From Eledone cirrhosa (lineage: Eukaryota), in NCBI GenBank assembly GCA_964016885.1, contig OZ024740.1, positions 144,832,001 through 144,896,000 of the forward strand: a stretch of DNA of 64,000 bases. The letters are read 5' to 3'. A program made the position numbers and the translations under genes. Under the pieces are notes generated by a model, which was given only the letters and a program-made list of their open reading frames with translations, did no database searches and was not told where the DNA came from. How positions within the stretch are numbered: position 1 is the first letter of the stretch; every line of letters starts with the position of its first letter. This document shows, piece by piece, positions 13,243-22,129 of the stretch.

Positions 13243-14262
13243 AAGCGCTTGTGTGGCTGACACTGCAGTCGTTTGCCTTGCAACAGCTTTCCATAAAATA
13301 CTTCTTTTGGAAGTTTGCTGTCCTCTAGGTGTATTATATGACCTGACCACCAATGACGCTGTTCCATGATCATAGTATCGATGCTTTGTATTATATCTTG
13401 AGGATAGAACGCAAGCATTGTTGGTGGAAATGTTTGTGGCACTGGATATGCCCACAGTATGTTGTCCATGTTTCATATCTATACAGCAAGGCTGTAAGCA
13501 CACATGCTTGATATACTTCAACTTTCGTGCGCACACTGATATCTGATTGTGACCTCAGGCGCTTCCCCAGCTTACCAAAAGCATCGGAAGCTTAAGACAG
13601 CCGGTAGCTTACCTCTTCATCAAGAGTGCTTGTTCTGGAGAGAGTACTACCCAGGTAGACAAACTAATTCACAGCCTTCAATATTTTTCCTTTCACAGAT
13701 ATGGATGGTGGAATATATGGCTTTCCAGGTACATGCTGGTAAATCACCACTGTCTTTTTCAGGCTGATTATCAGCCCAACCTCATCACATGCTACCGAGA
13801 AGCAGTCCATCAGAAGTTAAAGGTCTTCTTCCATGTGGCTAACAAGATCACAGTCATCTGCATAAAGAAGATTATGTATCTGCAATAAATGTTTTTGATG
13901 CAGCAAAAAATCATTGAATGTTAAAGAACCTAACTGTTGTTCGGTAACATATATATATATATATATACCAACATCGGTGTTGGCGAATGCTTTTTACAAA
14001 ACAATTGCAAAGAAGATGGCAAACAAATTTGGAGCGATCAGGTCACCCTGTTTCACGCCTGCCTCAACTGAGAAAGGCCCCAGGAGCCCACCACAGACAC
14101 AAACCCATGATTTGATGTCATCTTGCAATGAACCCGTAAGCCCCATAAACTTCTCAGAGCTTCCAGCTTCATGAGTATAAAAGGTTTGCCTATTGACTGT
14201 CAAAGGCTTTTATGAGATCAATAAACAATTTACTGATCAAGCTGTTGCTTTTTACACTTCTC
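13243..14262 (-). mobile_element. RTE-BovB-like LINE RT fragment (pseudogenised)
   Basis: FIDLIKAFDS; GPFSVEAGVKQGDLIAPNLFAIFF; LLYADDCDLV at about 13845-13875; WSGHIIHLEDSKLPKEVFYGKLLQGKR. Frameshifted, and interrupted by (AT)n near 13950. Confidence 0.85.
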
Positions 14263-14280
14263 ATACATACATGCATACAT

Positions 14281-14980
14281 ATGCAATCCGCAGAAAAGAT
14301 AGCCCCGGTAATAAACACATTAAAAGCTACAGCAATGTGGAAGACATACATATACATAATATGAAAGAGTACTGGTGGAATGTTCCAGTAAAAACCCCAA
14401 TAAAATGCAGGCATAATGGAACAGGGAAAAGAAGGCATCCACAGTAGTGGTAGTTAGCTGCCCAGTAGATGCCAATATAATATTAAAGATTAACGAATAC
14501 GGAGAATATCTATGCAGAAATAATGAGAAATCTACAGATACTCCACCCTGACTATACCTTCAGATTTATGCCTGTGATTATTGGGGCACAGTTAGTAACT
14601 GCTTCAATACAAATCTTGAGAAGCTGGGCTTCACAGGAACAGAAAGAACACAACTAGTTAGGAAATTACAAGTATAATCCATTAATGGAACAGTAAAAAT
14701 ATGTAAAACATTCCAAATATTCTGCATCTAATAACTGCATATACACATGTACAGATACAAAATATATGCACATGCATACATACACCTCAAAACATCCACA
14801 TCCACACATACAATAACATCCATACCTGCACACACATGCTTGCATGCAGACATGCATACATATCTACCTAGTTGATGTTGTGTAAATTCCAATGAGAGAG
14901 TCTTGTGTCTATGTTAGAAACCGACTCTCTCCTTCTCTCTCTATTGGCAAACATTTGTGAAATTATAAAACCAGAAGAAC
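14281..14980 (+). mobile_element. R4/Dong-like LINE, 3' fragment (REL endonuclease region plus 3' UTR), copy 1
   Basis: High identity to 16393-16433 joined to 18131-18765, with small deletions. Same 3' end AAATTATAAAACCAGAAGAAC. (CATA)n on both sides. Confidence 0.85.
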
Positions 14981-15012
14981 GTATGTACATACATACATAC
15001 ATATCTCTCTGT

Positions 15013-15197
15013 GATGGTGAATTGGCAGTATTGGTAGAGGGTCCGACATGCTTTCCAGCGTAGTTACGCCCCTTTACGATCTGAGTTCAAATCCCGCTGA
15101 GGTTAACTTTGCCTTTCATCCTTACGGGGTCGATAAAATAAAGTACCAGTAATGTACTGGGTAATTGCTGGCCTTGTGCCAAAAGTAGTAACAATTA
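15013..15197 (+). mobile_element. tRNA-derived SINE
   Basis: Box A-like TGGCAGTATTGG and box B GAGTTCAAATCCC. Core CTTTGCCTTTCATCCTTACGGGGTCGATAAAATAAAGTACCAGT. Closely similar to the copies at 17929 and 20256. Confidence 0.85.
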
Positions 15198-16433
15198 TTT
15201 ATCCTGTCATTAAACCCCTTGTCTTTTCTGCTCAAGAAATGTGAAGGATACATCATTGGCCTACAGGAGGATAGAAATACGAACCTAACCCATAATTTCT
15301 TTGTGGATGATCTGAAACTCTATGCCAAGAACATGGATGGGATGAAGAAAAATCTTGACCTGGTTACAACATTCTCAAAGGATATAGGAATGGAGTTTGG
15401 CCAAGATAAATGCTCATATATGACTGTAAAGCAGGGAAAATCAACAATCCAATCTAGCAACATTGTCATCAATGACCTAACTGTTTCACCGATATCTGAT
15501 GAGGACTGTTACAGATACTTGGGGATAGATGAGAACATATCCTATAATGGTATTTGTAATAAGGAATACGTAACCAGGGAATACTACACTCGATTAAGAA
15601 AGATATGGTCATCGGAACTCTCTGCACAAAACAAAACAGTGGCTCACAATGTGTTTGATGTGCCTGTCCTAACACCAACCTTTGGAATACTCAGTTGGGC
15701 GATAGACGAAATCCGAGAAATTGATGTTAGAACTCAAAAAATAGTAAACAACACTGGAAACTTCCACATCAACAGTGACATAGACCGCCTTTACTTGAAA
15801 CGTAAGCAGGGAGGCAGAGGCCTAACATCAGTCCAGACATTATTTGAATGTCGCATCATATCCCTCCGACAACATCTATGAACCTCGAAGCGTAGGAGCC
15901 TGTCTCTTGAGCAAGTCTATCTACATGAAACAGATAAGCTCATGAGAGTTGGGAAGGAACTCCTTGAAAGAAATTCCCTGTGTGATAATCAAAAACTCAC
16001 ACCCAGGGAAGTCGCTCAGCAGTATCACAGTGAATCCATGGATGAAAAACTGCATGCTTATCAGCAAAAAATCATGCATGGATATGTTGCCAGGAAGCTC
16101 CAGAGTGAGAGTAATATAGATAAGGAAAGTAGTCTATCTTGGACCAACAACCGCTATATTGGCTCCCACTTGGAAGGATACGCTTTTGCAATCCAAGAAC
16201 AGGAGATTAACAGGAAATACCTGATTCACAAAAGAGATAGGGATGCAGGCAAAACACTTAGATGTGATAACAATTGCAGACTCTGCAGAATTAACATTGA
16301 AGATGTCATCCATGTCATAAGCAGCTGTCGAAAGATGTCATCGCGGTACTATCTACCTATGAGGCATGATGTAGTGGCCATAATACTGTACAATGCAATC
16401 TGTAGAATAGATAGCCCCGATAATAAACACATT

Positions 16434-17925
16434 CCCCTGTTCAAAAAGGGCGACCGCACGTCACCTGTCAACTATCGTCCAGTCAGTCTTACTAGCTGTA
16501 TTGCCAAACTGATGGAATCCTGTGTCAAAGAAACACTTTGGAACTTCTGGAGCTCTCACAGCCTCATCCGGCCCTCGCAATTTGGATTTATCCCTAACTC
16601 CAGCTGCTGTGATCAGCTTATCAAGTTCCTTGAAGACATTACCCGGATTACTGACAGTGGCTCATGGGTGGATGTTGTTTACCTTGACTTAGCTAAGGCT
16701 TTTAATTCTGTGCCACACAAAAGACTTATGGCGAAACTCTCTGCAATGGGTGTGAGGGATGATCTTTTTAACTGGTTGAAATCCTTCATTCTCAGCCGAA
16801 AAGAGGTAGTCACGGTTCTAGAACAGCATTCTTCACCATATGAGATGTCATCTGGTGTACCACAGGGATCTGTTCTTGGTCCCCTTTTGTTTGTGGCATA
16901 TATTAATGACATAGATGCCAACTTAAAGAATGCCACGGTACTGAAATATGCAGATGACATCAAGCTGTACCTTGAAATCAAAAGGACTGATCCTGAAATC
17001 TACAACTCTTTCCTACAATCAGACCTGGACACAATGCAGCAATGGATCACAGACTGACTACTGAAGCTGGCTGTGGACAAGTGTACAACCATGTATTTTG
17101 GGAGGAAAAATCCAGCGTCCACATACTCCCTCCACAACACTGATATCAAGTATTCCTCTTGTGAACGTGACCTGGGCATTACTGTCAGCAGCGATTTGCA
17201 TTGGACAAAGCATGTCTCTAAGATTGTCAAGAAGGCCGAGAGTGTCTTGGCACCACTCAGCAAGACCTTTGTTAGCAGCTCTCCAGCCATCTATGTAAAG
17301 CTGTATACAGCTATGGTACGACCACACGTGGAATTCGCATCATCAGTCTGGAACCCCTATCTTGCTCAGAACATTAACCTCCTGGAAACTGTTCAGAGAT
17401 GTGCAACCAAGCGCATACCCTCCATCAAACACCTACCATACTCTGAACGCCTTGCTTCCCTGGACATGGATTCATTGTAGCTCCGACGTCTGGTAATAGA
17501 CTTGGTAAACACCCACAAAGTTATTAACCATGTCGCCAACAACAACCCTGAGCACCTTTTTGATCTCCATGTGTCTAACACACGTGGACATGCCTACAAA
17601 ATCAGAAAACAGCACAGCTCCCATGACTTTCAGAAACATTTTTTTACGCTCAGAGTTGCTGAAGCATGGAACAAACTACTTGCATCAGTTGTTAGCTGCC
17701 GATACACTGCATCCTTTAAAACCCTCATGCTTCTCGAAATTCGCCAAAACTACACCTGATGTACCCCTTTCATACACATGCACACATGTGTATATCATGA
17801 CTCGTGCACTGTTCATTTTCCTGACGTTTGTACATTACCCTATGTACTATACATAGACTTTTTGATGAGTTGTAGTGCACTTGAGCACTGTACACAATAT
17901 TTTCATTATTATTATTATTATTATT
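16434..17925 (+). mobile_element. 5'-truncated CR1-clade LINE (ORF2 RT) nested in the R4-like element
   Basis: PLFKKGD..NYRPVSLTS, YLDLAKAF, SGVPQGSVLGPLLF, KYADD, ERDLG, and TRGHAYKI...FFTLRVAEAWNKL. One frame to 17759 with two premature stops (17055-57, 17478-80). (ATT)n tail at 17905-17925. Confidence 0.92.
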
Positions 17926-17928
17926 AAA

Positions 17929-18130
17929 GGGCGGTGGATTGGCAGTATCGGTAGAGAGTCGGACACCATGCTTTGAAGCATAGAGTTACGTCCCTTTATG
18001 ATCTAAGTTCAAATCCCGCCGAGGTTAACTTTGCTTTTCATCCTTACGGGGTCGATAAAATAAAGTACCAGTAATCTACTGGGTACTTGCTGGCCTTGTG
18101 CCTAAAATAGAAACTATTATTATTATTATT
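17929..18130 (+). mobile_element. tRNA-derived SINE inserted in the CR1 (ATT)n tail
   Basis: Same family as the copies at 15013 and 20256. (ATT)nAAA occurs on both sides, consistent with a target-site duplication. Confidence 0.88.
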
Positions 18131-18779
18131 AAAAGCTACAGCAATGTGGAAGACATACATAATATGAAAGAGTACTGGTGGAATGTTCCAGTAAAAACCC
18201 CAATAAAATACAGACCAGATATTATGATATGGAACAGGGAAAAGAAGGTATGCACAGTAGTGGAAGTTAGCTGCCCAGCAGATGCCAATATAATATCAAA
18301 GATTAGTGAAAAGGAGAATATTTATGCAGAACTGATGAGAAATCTGCAGATACTCCACCCTGATTATACCTTCAGATTTATGGCTGTGATTATTGGGGCA
18401 CTGGGATATGTTAGTAACTGCCTCAATACAAATCTTGAGAAGCTGGGCTTCACAGGAACAGAAAGAACACAACTAGTTAGGAAATTACATGTACAATTCA
18501 TTAATGAAACAGTAAAAATATGTAAAACATTCCAAAAATGTTGCATCTAAAAACTGCATATACACATGCATACACAGAACTCAAAACACACACACAACCA
18601 CACATACAATAACATCCATACCTACACATGCATGCATGCAGACATGCATACATATCTACCTAGTTGATCTTGTGTAAATTCCAATGAGAGAGTCTTGTTG
18701 TCTATGTTAGAAACCGACTCTCTCTCTATTGTCAAACATTTGTGAAATTATAAAACCAGAAGAACATACATACATATGG

Positions 18780-19590
18780 TAGTAGTCTGGTTTAAGGATA
18801 TCATTAATAGTAGTTTAACTACATTTAACCAATTCGATGTTAATAATCACAACACGTCTATAAACATTTTTGTTACTAAGTGCAATTGATTTCGGTTTTA
18901 AAAAATCTACGAAGAATAAGGATTTCGAAATATAAGCTCGGAAAACTCTAATAAATATTGGTGATTACATTTGGAGTAAAACTATTCTGTAAATAAATTA
19001 TTTTAAATGAGTATGGAGCGAATAATTAGGCCGAGATCATAGAACATTCGTCTATATATACTGTTCTTACGCAGAATGGATTTCCCTAATTCAGATAGGG
19101 ACTATCACGAGGATGAATGTTTGTTGGCCATGACTAAGTGTAGCTGTTGCGCCTTTGATGAAACTATGATGGACATGATTCTTTCGATCAAATTGGGTAT
19201 GTATCTATCTATGGTGAATTTTTTGGATATCGTATTTAATTTATCTAATTACTTATTTTGTTTTTGCAGAGAATCCAATGAGACTCTTAATTATACCAAT
19301 CAAGGTTTTAACTATCCTAACGATATCACTAACAATTTGGTTAGAACTATCTCATAGATATAATCTTATTTATCTGCTAACAAGCAAAATTCAAGGCATT
19401 GGCTCAAAGTAGATTTAGGGATAAGGTGTATTTTATTATTTATGAGTCTAGTAATGGTGGTGATCTAGGTGTATTAGTTGGTATAATCCACCATCTAATA
19501 TGAAAGTGGCCACACTAATAGCTCAACTCTTTCCCGCAGTATTCAAGATGCACTTCCCTTTATAGCATAGTTATTACAACATAATTATTG
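18780..19590 (+). mobile_element. Highly decayed Penelope-like retroelement RT relic
   Basis: VNFLDIVFNL...ESNETLNYTNQGFNYPNDITNNLVRTIS matches the Penelope pattern NFLD...SNHP. ISWYNPPSNMKVAT at about 19473-19515 matches the WYNPP motif. Confidence 0.7.
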
Positions 19591-19603
19591 TATTTATGTA
19601 ACA

Positions 19604-20242
19604 CTAGCAGTAAAGCCCGGCGTTGCTCGGGGTCGCTCAGTAGCTGTGTTAAAGTTACAATGTTAAGTTTCTTTTTTGGCTTAAAGTCTGTCTGCACGAC
19701 TGTCTGTCTGCACGCCTAACGAAATTTACAGATACATATATTTTAAATAAACTTATATAATTTTTGCTTTTTTTTACGAAATATTTGCTTGTTTTACGTA
19801 GTCTTTAAATAGACTTGTTTTCAAGTAAAAATATTGTTTTAAAAGGCTTTTAAATGGAAATGAAGCAAAACGGAAGCTTAGTGTTCGAACTGATGAATTT
19901 TGCAGGTCAAAATTTTGCTGGCTCGACAACTGTTCGTGTATTGTGTTAATGTCATTTTAAACGCTGAGAAAGCCAGCGTAATTTTTTTAATTTTTGCACG
20001 CAGACGCTCAATGTAAACAGAACAAAGGGAAATAACTGATCACTTACGCTCAAAAATCGATACATTATATTCGATTTCGTCAGATAGGGCGGGTCAATTT
20101 GAAATATTTTTTTTCCGATGTCTTCGCTAGGGCTCAATGTACAAGTATAGCAATTTCGGTGCAATTCCGTGAGAGATTCTAAGAGGAGATGTGTGCCAAA
20201 AATCGATAGACAGACAGACAACCTCAGTTTTATATATATAGA
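19604..20242 (-). mobile_element. Non-autonomous Helitron
   Basis: Minus strand starts A|TCTATATATATAAAA...(GTCT)n and ends with hairpin CCCGAGCAACGCCGGG (19616-19631), then CTAG|T. These are the canonical TC...CTAG ends in an AT target with no TSD. Confidence 0.85.
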
Positions 20243-20255
20243 TTATCTGATATTA

Positions 20256-20440
20256 AGGCGGTGGATTGGCAGTATCGGTAGAGCGTCGGACGCCATGCTT
20301 TCCAGCATAGTTACGTCCCTTTACGATCTGAGTTCAAATCCCGCCGAGGTTAACTTTACCTTTCATCCTAACGGGGTCGATAAAATAAAGTACCAGTAAT
20401 GCACTGGATAATTGCTGGCCTTGTGCCTAAAGTAGAAACA
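20256..20440 (+). mobile_element. Young tRNA-derived SINE with target-site duplication
   Basis: Box A and box B are present and CpGs are intact. Perfect flanking direct repeat ATTATCTGATATTA at 20242-20255 and 20441-20454. Confidence 0.92.
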
Positions 20441-20817
20441 ATTATCTGATATTACCCAGTAGTAACATTTTCGTTCAGCGGTTTCTTGGGGGTCGGGAGA
20501 GGCAGTGCTGGTGTTCCGTGAGCTAAGTTCAAAATTTCAAGTAATTTATTAAAAACTTAACATTCTCTCCTTATAACAATCTGGTTGTAACGGGCGTGGG
20601 GTGGGGGTGGGGGTTCTGTTGGAAAATCATTTAAACAAAACTGACTATCAGTCATGAAAAGATTCAGAACCACCGCTTTAATTAGTGTCTGTAATCAAAG
20701 GAGATAACTGCAAAAAAATATTCAAAGTTATCTCCCTTTGCGGGTGATGCGGTCAAGATACCTTCAGTTTAAGTTTCAGGTAAATTCTTTTTTTTAAAGG
20801 TGAAATAATTGTATACA

Positions 20818-20970
20818 TGCGGTGAATTGACAGCCGTTAGAACGTTGGATAGGATGCTTTCAGGTATTCTTTCTGGCTCTCTATACTCTGAATTCAAATC
20901 TCGCCTAGATCATCTTTGTCTTTCCTCCTTTCGAGGTCGATAAATAAAGTACCAGTCCAGTACTGTGGTC
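20818..20970 (+). mobile_element. Older SINE copy of the same superfamily
   Basis: GCGGTGAATTGACAG...GAATTCAAATCTCGCC...CTTTCCTCCTTTCGAGGTCGATAAATAAAGTACCAGT. Confidence 0.7.
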
Positions 20971-21794
20971 GCTTCTTCCTCTATTTCTCTTTCTCACATA
21001 CTCTCTATCACTCACTCTCCTTCTCTGGAAGAAATCGGCTGCGTGAAAATCTGGTTAAAAAGAAATGCCCAAGAAACGCTCAAGTTGCGGATTAAAGAGG
21101 AAATTTCATATAGTCATATATATGCCGCACTCAAGCATAGATTATTTTCCCATTACGCCGTATTGTACGGTAGACACAAACACTATGCTGTAGGTGATTG
21201 TGTTCCTGTGTACATGACCCTATGCTTGTGCGTATTAGTAACTGTTTGTATGTGTGTTAGAGTATGCATGTGTGTAGACGTTTGAGCCTGGTTTGTCTGT
21301 GACTGTATGTGTGTATATTTTCAATTTGCTAACAACCTTACATGTAGGTATTTAATGTATCTAGTGTCAGCTATCCTAACCTACAACCAATCTCGATGTC
21401 ATCTGCCACCCTGCTCTGTTCTGATTGTATAAATCTTTATAGTACCCGCGCGCGCTTGTGTGCGCGTGTGATACCACACCACTATTGATTATTAGATGTC
21501 TGAGAGGCTGCACTGTCTACAGCCTGCAGGCCTTTGTAGCTTGCATAACAGATATACAGAAAGAAAAAGAGAGAGAGAGTTGGAAGAGGGGTGAGGCTAA
21601 AAATAACAGTGAGAATAAAAGATGAAAATGGAATGTGGTAAAAAATAATAAAAAATAATCCTACATATAAATATAAATATAAATGGTGACGGTCTTGGTT
21701 GTGCTGGGGGAGGTGGAGAGATGGATGTGTTGTGCCGGTGGTGCGGTAATAATGGTTGTGTTCATGTTGTTTGTGGTATTACAGGGGTGATGTA

Positions 21795-21843
21795 ATATAT
21801 ATATAAACACACACATACATACATACTACAAACACACATACAA

Positions 21844-21909
<66 letters not shown>

Positions 21910-21942
21910 AGAGAGAGAGAGAGAGAGAGATCAGATAGAGAG
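21795..21942. repeat. Compound microsatellite (CA)n(TA)n(GA)n
   Basis: Directly visible dinucleotide runs. Confidence 0.95.
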
Positions 21943-22129
21943 ATAAATCAGATAAGATGAGTGTTGGTAGAAACGATAATGGTGAGCTGCATGGAAATAA
22001 CACACACACACAGGTAATAGTAGTGAAATGCCTGTAACAAAGGTAATATCAATGAAATATGTCACCGAGACAAGACACTGCACTACAGCAACTCGTGGCG
22101 ATGTTGGCGTAGCAGGTATAAAGTGGGAG

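Larger units (their letters stand above)
15198..18765 (+). mobile_element. 5'-truncated R4/Dong-like (REL-type) non-LTR retrotransposon, copy 2, interrupted at 16434-18130
   Basis: RT motifs FVDDLKLY, YRYLG and LYLKRKQGGRGL. Zinc knuckle CRLC-x7-H-x4-C followed by RHD. After the insertion, a PD-(D/E)xK-type endonuclease (RPDIMIW...VEVSCP...KENIY), ending at the stop at 18550. One premature TGA at 15879-15881. Confidence 0.9.

Noticed and set aside
15013-20440. tRNA genes at the GTTCAAATCCC motifs
   Set aside because: Box A/B spacing is extended, there is no cloverleaf, and the copies share a downstream core and TSDs. These are SINE heads.
20477-20676. hAT-like MITE (CAGCGGTTTCT...AGAACCACCG)
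   Set aside because: The terminal repeats are too degenerate and no 8-bp TSD was found.
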